From assembly GCF_009914755.1 (NCBI RefSeq), contig NC_060930.1: a stretch of DNA of 64,000 nucleotides, one strand, 5' to 3'. Each line of letters opens with the position of its first letter. Within the stretch, counting starts at the first letter, position 1. Below, piece after piece: positions 29,426-43,580 of this stretch. The position numbers and the translations under genes were made by a program. The notes beneath the pieces were generated by a model. It was given only the letters and a program-made list of their open reading frames with translations, did no database searches and had not been told where the DNA came from. This DNA comes from the human T2T-CHM13v2.0 reference genome, Homo sapiens.

Positions 29426-30666
29426 AGAATTTGTGATGTTAATTTTTTACCACCAAAACGTGAGAGCCATAAATTTGTGACTAGTGTCATTCCCTTGGGG
29501 TCCAAACCCTCCCACATGAAAGAAGGCTTAAAATAATAGCAGAGACCATAGATCAATTCATCTGCAGACTCCTCTTCTCCAATTGCTGCCAACAAAACCA
29601 TCTTTGTAATCCTTTAGGATCACTTTGATGGAGTACTAGGAGAGTGCCATTATGATTTTATAATTCTGTCTGTGTACTCAGAGTAATTACATGGTGCCTG
29701 GGACACACAAGCTAAACTAACATTGTTACAGGTTAAAATGTGGACATCTAACCAAGATTGTCTATGAATGGATATATTTATAATAAGTGTTGGATGGGTC
29801 TTTTGACACCAAATTTGATGCACACATCAAAATTGATCCACTAACTTGATGCTATAAGATAGAGAGAGCAAAGGGAATTCCTAAAGAGATGGAAAATTAT
29901 CATTTGAATATGATTATACATAAGGAAATGAATTGGTGAAGCGGTGGAGAGGAATAGAGTTTCGGAATAAATAAGAGTCACTAAGTAAAAATGCTGAAAA
30001 TTCCCAGTAGACAATCACATTGCTTGGATTGCATTATATACATGTTCATGCAGAGATGAACATGTAGATGAATGTGCCCTGTGCTCTCTCATCTGCAGAC
30101 GTTCACACATGCCATCTCCTTTGCCTGCAATGCTCTTCCTCCTTCTGTTTGCCTGGTGAACATACTCATTCCCTTTAGGTCACAATGTATACATCATTCC
30201 TTCCAGGAAGCTTCTGAGGATTCCCCTGGCTTATGGTAGCCTAATAGGTGAGGAAAGTCAAAGTTAATCAATATTATTGATAAAATTAATTAAAATAGAA
30301 ATAACACAAGGGAATAGCAATCTGATTAGAAGAAGTACCGGCTAGCGGAAGGGCAATTTAATTCAATTTTCATATACTATTTGACTAAATTAAATATTAG
30401 TCAGTTGAGCCTTCATGCAAAACAAGCTATGCATTTGCAAAAGCCATACTAACAGAATGTATTTGCTGTAGTAAAAATATTTTTAATTGACACTTCTTTT
30501 TTTAATCCAGCTTTTAAAAACTAGCATGGAAGATCTAAAACTAGCTAATGCAAAATTTGTAATACTGGAAATCTAGTTATCCACTCGTTTCTAAGAAAAC
30601 AAGCCATGAATATGGAGTTTTATCACTTAGAATATAATTAACAAAATGCAACTTGAATGATATTAG

Positions 30667-31000
<334 letters not shown>

Positions 31001-33010
31001 TAAAAGTTGGCAGCCCAGTTACATATGGCTATGTAATTTGAAATAGCAAAGATGGCCATAGAGGTTCACAGATCTTTGAAACACAAACATACTCACTGCT
31101 AGAAAGAGGGCAAAAATACAAAGCAGCAGAGATTGCCATTTGAGATTTCCTAGAGAGAACAGTTCCAGGTTAAACATTAGACACTGCAAATATAAAAAGT
31201 CAATTTATTTGTCTCTCTCCCACGATCCTTCACCACTTAAAAGTTCTACCCCCAGCTAAGAGGTGGGCTGAAATCAACTTTATTTCAACAAACCAAACAT
31301 CCAAACTATGTAATCATGGGATGACATCTGAGTTTGATCTGGCTGGCTGCTTATAAAGGAGGCTTTCACAATGATACATGGGAATTTTCATTGTTGACCA
31401 AGCTAGACACTAGGGCATACTGCCTGCATATTTCCTGCTGAAATCAGCCAAGTGCAAATAGAGACCTACCTTTTTTTTAAAAAAAAAAATGCCTCCATCC
31501 ATCTGTTTTGAACTATACTGAAACTTATTTTATTTTACACATAAAGATAGGACTATTAGCCTCCTACTTTCGAGACATGGACCTTTTTAGTTGTTTTCTG
31601 AGTTCGGTGATAGATGTAGGCTGAATTACATGTATACTTTCCCACAAACCTTAACCAGTACCACATTTGAGAGGACAGCTGGTTATTTAGGGAACAGTCT
31701 GGGGCCAGGGACCTAGTAGATCTAAGAGTGGGATTCAAGCCCAAGTCCTTGGCCTCATTAGCACAGTGTTCTCACCAAACTACCCTTCCAAGAAAAGTCC
31801 AAAGATTTATTGCTGCTCTAGATCTTTGAAACAAAGTTTCCCAAAATCCAAAAATACTTCCCCAACAATCAGACATGTAAGAGGGCGCACGCATGTGTGC
31901 ACGCGTACACACACACACACACAAACACACAGAGAATTTGTTCTACATTAAAGAGAAATAAAATTTAAAGTGTTTAACCCAATAAGTTTCTATATCCTAA
32001 TCAAATGTGAAAGCATCCTCACAGATGACTTCATATACTGGTTTCTTATTACTGACTCCTTTGGGCTTTACTTCCCTTATTCCTTTAATGCATCTTTGCT
32101 GGACATACAGTTAGTGGGGGAAAACTGAAACATCTCTTTAGGTGGTTGCTATGTCCGTCCAGGGTGCTATGCTACCTTCAGTTCTAAATATGAAAACCAT
32201 ACGGCAAAACAGGAATATTCCTCAAACCCTTTACTTTCACAGTGTTGCTTCAAATTGTGTTACTTTTTTGCTTAAACAATATTGACTGTAAGTCAGAAAA
32301 TCACAGCATCGCATGTTTATTTGCATGGAAGAACTCTCTGGAACAGGAAATCAAGACAGGAGGTGTCAATACGGACTGCTGCCAGTCACTCCGGCAGTCT
32401 TCTTGCACCAGCCACTTCTCCGTGGAGTGTGGCAGCTGGGCAGCGCTCCTTCTGGGCTTCCACAGGAAGGCTCTGACCCCGAAAACCTTAGATTAGAGCG
32501 CATTTTGAAATTTAAATAAGCCTCAATTCACCTCTGCCATCTTGGCATACAACCGAAATGTGCAAGTCAGAAGAATGTATTTCTATTTAAAATAGATAGA
32601 AAGCAGGTATCACTCTTTCTCCTTCAGTAAGTTTTTAGTAGTCTCCAATTAAAAAAAAAAAAGGGTTTTCTTTCAAACCAACTCAAATTCACCAATCTTC
32701 ACACAATATCTTAATGTTTTTTACCCCCATTTTGTTACCCAGCTATGATGTAGAGGGCTGATTACCACATTCTTTGTAAGTATTGAAGCCAATTATTAAT
32801 TGGGTCTAAATAATACTTTTCTTCCCCTGGATTAATAATCTCTGATATTACTTTCCAACATTTTTACTCTTTTCATGTATCTTACCTTTTAAAACTCTTT
32901 AGAGAGTCCTCCTACAATTACCTTGTTGTCATTTCTGATTGGCACGTGAGTCTTTTTATATCTGCAGGCCTAGAATGTAGTCCACTGCCTGGCTCTTGGT
33001 AAATATTCTT

Positions 33011-33306
33011 TTTTTTTTTTTTTTTTTGAGACAGAGTCTCTTTCTGTCGCCCATACTGCAGTGGTGTGATCTCAGCTCACTGCAAGCTCCGTCTCCCGGG
33101 TTCACACCATTCTCCTGCCTCAGCCTCCGGCGTGGCAGAGATTACAGGCGTCTGCCACCATGCCCAGCTAATTTTTTGTGTTTTTTTTAGTAGAGACGGG
33201 TTTCACCGTGTTAGCCAGGATGGTCTTGATCTCCTGACTTCGTGATCCACCCACCTCGGCCTCCCAAAGTGCTGGGATTACAGGCGTCAGCCACCGTGCC
33301 CCGCCT
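33011..33306 (-). mobile_element. AluY-like
   Basis: Diagnostic gcaagctccg, caccattctc and gttagccaggatgg. TSD taaatattctt. Confidence 0.9.
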
Positions 33307-33790
33307 AAATATTCTTGAGGAAATGTAAAATCATGCATGAGCAGCATTCAATAAAAAGTTGAATACAATTTATTTGTCTTCCCTGGCTAGACATTACTAT
33401 TGATTTAGACACATTTTTCTATTATTTATACCATATGGAAATATACTTTCATCAAGACGAGTTCCTCTGATTTCACCAGAAAACTCAATAAGCTCATTCT
33501 AATAATTATCCTGAAATATAAATCTAAACATTGATTTTCTCACAAGTGCACAAGTATCTAAACTGCCATCAACCAAAAGCTTGATATACCTTGGCAGAAT
33601 TTCAGATCATGCACTGTACTACACAGTCCTAAATTTCACCTTCTGTATTTCTGAATCTCATGCAATATAAGAACAAGCTCCTCTCAGTTCAATAGGTGTT
33701 GCTGTTCAATTGCCAAAAGGATCTTATTTTGGTCAGAATTTAAAAGAAAATCTGTATTGAGAATAGTTTGATATTTCAACTAAGTGGTAT

Positions 33791-34265
33791 TTTATTTATT
33801 TTTAATTGACAAAATTGTATGTATTTATGGAGTACAACATAATTTTTTGATATATGGGCACGCTGTGGGATGATTAAATCAAGCTAGTTAACATATCTAT
33901 CACCTCACATATTTATCACTTTTTGTAGTAGGAACATTTAAAAACTCATTTAGCAATTTTCAAATATACGTTATTATTAATTATAATCAACATGCTATGC
34001 AATAGATCTCCAGAACATATCCCTCCTGTCAAACTGAATCTTTGTACCCTTTCATAAACATCTCCCCATTCCCCACCCTGTCCTCATCCCAAGCGCCAGT
34101 AACCACCATTTTTTTTTCTTCTATGAGTTTGACTTTTTAGATTCCACATGTGAGCTTCATTGCTACTCAGCCATAAAAACAAAAGAAATTCTGTCATTTG
34201 CAAAAACACAGATGAGCCTGGAGAACATTATGCTAAGTGAAATAAGTCAGGCAGAGAAAAAACAA
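33791..34265 (-). mobile_element. L1MA 3' end with inverted 5' segment
   Basis: Minus-orientation 3' end at 33791-34154 and plus-orientation upstream piece at 34163-34265. TSD aagtggtatttta. Confidence 0.8.
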
Positions 34266-35854
34266 GTGGTATTTTACACATATTTAGTAATTTAATATTT
34301 TATTACTTTTCCTATTTTTTTCTGAAAAGGTTAATAATTCTTTTCTAAACATTTATTAACTTTCTCTTTGCTTAGAACAGCTTATCACTATAAATAAAAA
34401 ACTATACATGCTCTAATATGCATATCTGCTAATTTCACAGTTATTAAGCTTCCTAACATCATGCCTAAATGCCAAAGAGAGGATGCCAGATATTTGGAAC
34501 AAATGCCATGATACATGTTCAAAGCTAAAGTAAAATCACCAATCTTTTAGCTTTTGATCAGAGCTGATTGAGAGTTATTGATGAATATTTTTCATTAGAC
34601 TGATATTTCACTGGTTGACAGATACACTTCTGTCTTTCTTAGTCTTGTTCAAACACACATACACGCATCCATACACATCCATACACACAGTTCAATGCTG
34701 ACAAAAGGGTAAAACAAGAAAGTGTGAAAGAAAAATGAAATATAGCAGTTGTTCTTTAGCAGAAAACCTTGGTAAGGTCATGAATACTTGGGAGTCACCT
34801 TGGTCACTGACGTGAACTGGCTTTCCTTAAAAGAATGCTTCTTAAGTAGCAGTTATATCAGAGTGGTGGGGGAAAAGGTATAAAATAAAAGTTTGGGGAG
34901 GGGCTTCAATATTTTTGGAAGAATTTGCAAAAGTGTGTTTTATTTTCTTTGATTCTTTCATAAATTAATAAACCTGACTAACATAATCCGGAAAGTTTTC
35001 CTCAAGTTAACATAATCTGGAAAGTTTTCCTCAAGTTAAAGAAAGAAATATTTAGATTACCTCTTCAGTAGTTCGCTCTTTGAAGCCTCTTGGGTCTCAA
35101 AATTCCCAAGCTAAAGGTTAGTGAGTTAAACCACATAATCACCATGCCTTCCTGCAATAAGGTTAATAATTAATGCCTGGAATCCCAATTAATATCTAGA
35201 ATCCATTTAATGTCTAGAATCCCGTTCCCAACCAAAGCCTTTAAGTAGGAAATCCTATAGTATGTTTCATTAGAGATTATGCCTAATGATTAAACTGAAA
35301 TGTGAAATTTTAATAATGATATTCAAAATCTTAAGGACATTCACCTGAGTAACTGACCTGAAGTACAACCCGGGTTCCCACAAACTTTTCAGCAAGGCAA
35401 AGTTTTGCAGTTTCACTCTCTTCCTTTCTCTCTTCCTCTCCTGGTACTTCTAAAATTCTCCACCCCACTAAGAAGAAACAAGGTTGATCCACGTTCTCCC
35501 TGAGAGAATATACCTATCTCAATGTATTCAAGAGGATTCAGAAGGATGGCTTATCCAAGAAGAAGGCTGCTACTCTCTGGGAAGATTTTCACTGTGGTCT
35601 TACTTTTGAGGCAGCATTTCTCTGAAGTACAGATAGCACACTTATTCACTGATAGATCCCTTTGAATTAGGTGAGCTTGACCTTCTGCTCTCTCTTCTTG
35701 CTTATATTTCTCTTGTGACTGGTTATTGAGAGTTATTGATGGATATCAATAGCAGATGAGGAAGAACTGATAAAAGAAGAGGAAACCCAAAACAGACTAC
35801 TAAATTTTTTAAATATAAATGTGGAAAAGAGAGTAAAAATTATCTTTACTGCAA

Positions 35855-36127
35855 GACTGGGCATGGTGGCTCACACCTGTAATCCCAGCACTTTGGGAGG
35901 CCGAGCAGGTGGATCTCTTGAGGTCAGGAGTTTGAGACCAGCCTGGCCAACATGGTGAAACCCCATCTCAACTAATAATACAAAAATTAGCCAGGCGTGG
36001 TGGCACACACTTGTAGTCCCACCTACTCAGGAGGCTGAGGCATAAGAACTGCTTGAACTTGGGAGGGGAGGTTGCAGTGAACAGAGATTGCTCAAAAGAG
36101 ACTCTGTCTAAAAAAAAAAAAAAAAAA
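35855..36127 (+). mobile_element. AluS with small 3' internal deletion
   Basis: Dimer lacking the ccactgcactccagcctggg segment. Confidence 0.9.
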
Positions 36128-36431
36128 TGTATTTACTGCTGACCCTGAGAACATGGATTTACAGAAACAAAAATGAACTTCCAACTTGTTCTGTATTAGA
36201 AATTAATGGAAATGTGGAGTAGGGGTAGTACAGAAAAGAGACAGGAAGAGGGAAAAAAGAAAGAAGTCACCAAGAAGCATGGCCACAGGCTGGAGCCTGA
36301 ATTGGCATATAAGGCCAAGGTATTTTTAAGAGTGGGGAAGTACAACATCATGTAGAGCTGTCAACACTTCTACGTGACTTAGAATATCCACTCTAGTTCT
36401 ACAAACCATTGATAAATTTCACCATACACAG

Positions 36432-36724
36432 TCCGGGCGTGGTGGTTCACGCCTGTACTCCCAGCACTTTGGGAGGCCAAGGTGGGTGGATCACCTGAGG
36501 TCAGGAGTTCGAGACCAGCCTAGCCAACATGACAAACCCCCATCTCTACTAAATATATAAATTTAGCCGGGTGTAGTGGCAGGTGTCTGTAGTCCCAGCT
36601 ACTGGAGGCTAAGGCATGGAGAATCGCTTGAACGCGGGAGGTAGATGTTGCAGTGAGCCGAGATCATACCATTGCACTCCAGCTTGGGTGACAGAGCGAG
36701 ACTCCATCTCAAAAAAAAAAAAAA
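36432..36724 (+). mobile_element. AluS
   Basis: Full dimer with A tail. Confidence 0.93.
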
Positions 36725-37351
36725 AGATTCACCACACATAAACTTGTATGGGTGAGGTATTCTTGTGGACATCAATGAAAGAATTTCATCTCTGGGTTGA
36801 TGAGGTCTTAAACAGACACAAACTGTAAGAGAACAAGAGAATCCATAACTCAACCAATACTTTAGAAGCAGAAACTCAGAAGAAGAGGTGGGCATGAGAT
36901 AATAATACCTGTGGAATTCACATGTATCTTGGGAAGAAAAAGGCTAAGCAATGGAGATTCAAGCCTACTTATCCTGATCATAAGAGAGGGACAACCCCAG
37001 CTATTATTCAGGTTACAATGAGTAGACTAAGTGTTTATAACTTTAGGAAAATAGAAAAATACTTTCCAGGAATTAGGTGTTTATTACTCTTCAAAAATTA
37101 ATCCCATTATCCTCTGACTCATTATCAATAATAAAGTTTAAAAGCTATTTAGCCCCCTAAATACAGCTCTTGAATCAAAGAAATCTGCCTTACACCAGAT
37201 TCTGCAACAAAGACCAACATTGGTAGAGTTAAAAATCAAGAGATACCACACCAGGAAGGCTTAAGATTAGTAAGCTCCATGGACAGAAACCAGGAGCTTG
37301 GTTCCCAGCTAACAACCACAACGCCTAGCACATAACAGGCACACAATAAAT

Positions 37352-37667
37352 ATAGTCAGCCCTCATATGGATAAGTTCTGCACCCACAGATTCAACCAAC
37401 CACAGACAAAGAAAGAAAGAAAAAGAAAAAAACTCAACATTTAAAAATGACATAAAAAATACAGTACAACAACTATTTACATAGCATTTACATTGCACTG
37501 GGTATTACTAGTAATCTAGAGATGATTTAAAGTATACGGGGGGATGTGCATAGGTTATATGCAAATATGATGACATTTTATATAAAGACTTGAGCGTCCT
37601 TGGATTTTGGTGTCCTCAGGGGGTACCGGAAACAATCCCTAGGACTGAGTATACTGAAGGATAACTC
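37352..37667 (+). mobile_element. Tigger3-like (MER7) TcMar DNA element
   Basis: cagattcaaccaacc...tttacatagcatttacattg...agtaatctagagatgatttaaagtatacggg...ggattttggt. Confidence 0.75.
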
Positions 37668-40600
37668 TACTTGTTGCATGAATAGCATTCATTCAATATA
37701 GCTGCAAATTATCCTACAGGGGCAATAAATGTATCAAACAAAGATTTAACTATAACTAATTTTACCCCTGAAACAAAATCTAAATAGGTGGTGGAAAAAA
37801 AGGCTTTTAAATTACTTGAGACGTCCTATCCATCATGCAAAAATCAGAATAACCAGGCATGTGCAAGGCAAATGGACATCTACTTAAATTGGCCCAAAAG
37901 GAAGATCAAAACCATGGCAAATTTAAACAATTCCCAGTCTTCAGCGTGGTGGGTACGATACAGGATTAGCAGACCTCCTAGAGACCACAATCTAACAGAC
38001 AACTCTGATGTATATGTTAAAGCCTAATCAGAAGTCTAACAGGAACAAGCCTGCAGTCTGACAAAATCAGATGTGTGGACTTGGTGTAGCAAGTGCCAGC
38101 ACTTAAAGAATCCATAAAATGACAGTGACAAAGAGGCAGGAGGGTTTGTAGGTTTGTAGGGTTTGGAATCTCATTGAAGGATTCTGAAGAGCTAAGGGAA
38201 ACAGAGATCAGTTCTAGATTGGTTTCTGTTTTTAAGGTGAAATTAAAAGAATCAGGGATTAACCAGGGGTTGTATGAGATAAGAGAAGTTTATCCAATAA
38301 AGATCTCCGTAAAAGATGGGAATAGCAAAGCAAGTCTGAGAGCATCAGCAGTAAGAAAGCAGTCATCACTCAAAGAAGGGATCCTTGTGGCATTTTACAG
38401 CCCTGTGCCACCATGGGAGAAACAATGTTTCCTGTTAATTTTATAGTTGGCTTTAAATGTGTCTATCCTCTAAGCCTGGTTAATAGCAAAGCGACCTTTT
38501 CCTCTTTTCCATGCAAGCTGATTTTCACTCTTTCTGCTAGAGACTGATTTTGACTCTTACAGATATAATTATTAAATAATACCCTCTTAATCAAGTTGTA
38601 GAAAAAGACTTTCTCAAAACTTTGATCTAAGAGAAGCAGGCTAAAAAACAAAAGGGTCTATTATATTTTAAACCATTTCAAACTGGCTGACCCACAACCC
38701 TAATCCAATCTGCACTTCCTCAGTCCTCTGAGCACACCTCTAGCACAGCCACCTGCCACTAGATAATCATAGCTAGTTTACTTCTCTGTCTCTTCTCCTA
38801 CACGCTGAACTCCCAAAGAGCAAGAGCAGTGAAGTATCCATTTTATGCCTAGTGCCTAGCACAGTTCCCAGCCCATCTAAGTGCTCCAAAGTCAAGCTGC
38901 CTGCTCTTCCCCTCTCTATATAACATGTACCAAAGCCCCTTACACAGTAAAACAGATTTGTACTCTAAATATCTATTTAAGAATGTCATTAATTCCACCT
39001 TGAATGGTTATGGAAAAAAAAGAATGTCATTATTTGAAGGATGTACTACATGGATGAGACATGAGGTGCAGGAATGAAGAGTGAGATCTACAATGCCAGG
39101 TCAAAGCAGAAGGACGCTTCCATTTGAAGGGTCCACAAATGGCTTTGCTGCAACATGATAAAGCCAGAAGCACTTGAACTAAATGGCTCAATGCAAACTA
39201 TATTTACTAAATCGAATCACTTATGATGTAGTACTAGAGATGCTCATCTGTCTTTTCAGCAAGACTATAAATTCCTGGATGTGAGAGGTCATGCATGTCT
39301 TAATCATTTTGCTTACTCTGCCCACTGCATTGTATAGGCATTCAATAACATGGAAGCAGAGAGGACAAGGTAGGAAAACAAGAAGAGAGGAAGCAGAAAT
39401 CACATTCAGTAAAGCAGAAGGGTAGGCGCAAGAGTAAGTGCTGGTAAAGGCATCACACATGCAGAATCAGAGGTCTCCAACTGCATGAGGACAGAGGACT
39501 CCCACAGGCTGCTTAAGGTAAAGAGGAAAGAAAGGAGCTGGTAAATCAACTTAGGACTTAGAAGATATAATGAGATGTGAAACTGGACTGAGAGGTGGGA
39601 CACGAGGAAGCAAAGAGAGGATTGGGAAGTCATAAATACAAGGAGATGAGTTACCACGGTCAGAAGCTAAGAAAACTGTCTTCATTAAACCACCACTGAC
39701 ACAGGGAAAGTGGGAGGAAAAATGAAAATATAGCTATGCAAAATGACTCAGGAGCACAAAAAGAGTACAAGGGCAATCCAGGAGATCTGTTTATTTAGAT
39801 ATTAGTAAAAGCAGGACCTGGGTGTAGAGAGTCAGGGATAGGCTGCTCTGAGCCCATATGGTGCCCTGACTCTGAGGTGGGTGCAAACAACCACAGAGTC
39901 ACCTTATTCCTCTTTCTTTTATTCTTCTGTTTCTTTATTCCCCCCCTCCACCCCATTACTTCCTGCTGTGCAAAGTGTTCACCAAATAGGACCCTATGCT
40001 TCTTTTGGGTTAGGTCCATTACAGTTCTGCCTTTCCCCAAACCCATCATGAGGCCATAAAGAGGAAGAGGAATAGCATTGGCTGTCCTTAAGTATCTCTT
40101 CAAAGATGAGCCTCATGGAACAAGCAAGCAGTGACACAAACCACAAAAGAATTTCCAATGTCAAGGTGACACGCACATTCTAGTTAGCATGACCTGAAGT
40201 CAATAAGCAGGTGCCATCTTGTCTAAATTATTAACTACGTAAAAGCAACAAATCGTACCCATGGTCTTGGGTGAGCTGCTCTGGAAAAGGAGAAGGAATA
40301 ACTCCCAGCACTCACTGAAAGGGTGTCCCAGCCACAGTGGGTAGGACCCAGTGCCACACACTCTGCATGACTCCACTGAAATGCAAAGGTCTTTCCGTAT
40401 AAAATGTACTCGGAATAATTAGAATTAGTATGTTTTAGGCAACCAGAAAAACTGAATTGTGTATACTGGGGTGGTGGCTTTTATTATGCAGGCCCATCAC
40501 TGAAAACTCAAAATTACCTTAGATTTGAAGGAAATGCCCCCCATTTTGGTGAGTAAGTTATTTTACTCATCCCTCATAATGACACATTTTTGAATTTTTT

Positions 40601-41780
40601 TGTGCTACTACGGCACTGAAACTCCCCCTTGAAACAACTCTTAACCCTCCAATTTCATGAAGTATTCATGTTCTAAATCCACTTCAAAAATAATTCTCTA
40701 TTGATCTCCCTTTATATATCATCATACTCCAAAGAATGCTCATCCTTAATAGCACTTAACAAGATGTGCAATCTTTTCTCAACACATTAATGTTGAAAGG
40801 AAATACCCACCTAAGATTTTTAAAGATCTATAATTTTTGTGAAATGCCAGTGTTCTACCAAGTCTGTTCTCAAATTTTGAGCATAGATCATCCTCCAACT
40901 TATCAACTTGTTGAACTCCAAAAGTTTGACTATAAATCAGTTGTGGGAAAGAGAAAGGTAGTTTCCCATACTAAAAATCACACAGTATAATTAGGTTCTC
41001 AGGGCAGCCTGCAAAACCCTTTTCCACTCGTGCTCTACCTAAAACAGCCGTAAAAATACCATAGAATTCAGAGTCAAAGTGATATTTCCAGAAGAAAAAT
41101 GCTTTCATAGTTCCCTTTTGAGATGCCAAGAACCCAAAAACCTTTCTTTCTGGCAATGAAAGTAGGGGCTGCCTTTGCTTAAAGCAGACTTCGGAGGGTG
41201 AAGGTCATGGTGCGAACTTTGGGGAGGAAGGTATCTCCGGACTGGACATGTGAAGTGAGGGAAGTGAACACACTGCTTGTCCAGACCTGGAGGAAACTTT
41301 AGGACAGGAGGGCAGAGTGGGAGAGAGGACTCTAGCGAACAAGTGGGAAAGCTGGGCATGAGTGAGTGGAAGATGCGGGAAAGAGCATGGACAAGCAGTT
41401 TCTGAACACCTTTTCCCATCTCCTTTGCATTTCACAATTTCTTCTACTTCTCTCTTTCCATCTCCTTTAGAAGGGTTTATGGGTAAGGACTGAGAAGAAA
41501 TAAAAGGCCACAGCAGGGCAGCAAGAGGAAAGGAGTAAGTGGGAGGGAGTCACCAGTAGGAAGCAGGATGAAAGAGATGCAGTCTTTCATTTGGAGACAA
41601 GGGGTAGGTTTTTCACACGTAAGGTGTGCATCCATAAATAAGGATCTTGTACGTTGGCTCATGTGTAAGTGCAAAATAAAGAGAAACAATGGTTACTGTC
41701 CCCAGAGTGGAAGAACAATAAGCAAATTAAATGAACTGGAGTTTCTGTGAATGCTTCTGTTATTAAAAATACTATTTTAA

Positions 41781-42089
<309 letters not shown>

Positions 42090-43525
42090 TCAATAAATCT
42101 ATTGCACACCTGTTGTCTTTTACTAGGGATAATGTCTTCAGCAAAGACACTGGAATCCAGAGTAAATATACTGTGCTCACATTTTTTGGGAATTCACACA
42201 TCTCAAATTCTATTGCGGAAGTCCAGGTTTCTTCACCAATTTCATGCAAGGTAGTATACTTTAAACAGGTGTGTATCCTTTCATCAGAATCACATCCAGA
42301 ACAAATTCACAACACTGCCCTTTATTACTACTCTACTTGAGACAGATATCAACTGGTGGTCATTCTTTAGCTATATCATAAGCACAACCTGAAAATTGTA
42401 TACCTTTGTCTACTTTAAGCTACAAAGCCTATCACTTTCATGACTAATCAATTTGATGCACTGAAAATACAAGCCAAAATATTAATTATGTTAAATGATG
42501 TCTAGGAAGGGTACCTCTTTCTACAGATTATTTGAATAATGAATTTAACCTCATATTCTTCAAATACTGTACAATTAGAATTTTTTTCTTACGCAATATT
42601 TTTTCTAGAGGGGCCTATTTGGTCCTATTAGGCACAAACATGATGTGAGAGGAAATGGTGAGTGTTGAGGAGAGTCCCTCTGGGGCTCTGGACTACAAGT
42701 GAGAAAAACTACTTTTCCTGTTGGCCATTTCTTCATTGGCAGCACTTACCCATTGGAAGCACTTGTTTATTTGGGGTCTGAATGGGAAGAGTGGCTGTCT
42801 GGGCTGGTGAATAGAGGCCTATTCTGGATCTAACTACAATTTTCCCTGTCTCAGGCTGTGGCCCCAACTTTGTTTTTAATCTATTTTTTCATTCACAAAC
42901 TAAAGAATACATCCTACAGAATACCTAAAACTCCACCAGGGTTTCAGAAGCTACGTGGAATGCGGTATTGTGAATATTTCACAAGCTCCTTTTCCAACCT
43001 TCACATAAACTTTCACGAACTATGCTTAACTCGTACTTCGATAGAAGCTAAAACACAGGTGTTTTCCTGACATCACAAAGTGTCCAACGTGACATCTACT
43101 CATCTCCTTTGAAAGCCTCAGGGGCAGTTAGGGTGACCCTGGCTACATCAAACACTGAGTTATCAGAGGCACATTAGGATGAGGATGTAGCTTTGGTAAA
43201 GATTTATTTAACAACGCTCAGAATCTTCTCACTTGACAGGGAACCTTCCCATGGATTTCAATCAGAGAACATGTAGCTAGAAAAGAGAAAAATATGTTTT
43301 GTCTAATCTTGACATATCCTGCACATCTTAGAACATCTACTCAGTCTTTTCATTTCTGACAATGATTCAAAGAAAGAATTATCTTTGCCTTAAAACATAT
43401 AATGTTCCATTTCTTTACATTAGAGAACTCATCAAAGTAGAATGCCGTCCAAATCTCTAAGACACACCATGAGAAACAAATGGCACCGTTATTTATTTGA
43501 ATTTTCAAAATAATATTTGCATTAC

Positions 43526-43580
43526 CTCTGTATTAACAACTTCCATTGGTCTTTTCTTGATTTCTCCTATGTCCAAGTAA
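43526..43580 (-). CDS. DCDC2: DCDC2 second coding exon (55 nt)
   Basis: Acceptor tttttcctcAG and donor GAG|GTAATG. Phase matches the previous exon (AA+T = Asn), giving NYLDIGEIKKRPMEVVNTE. Confidence 0.96.
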
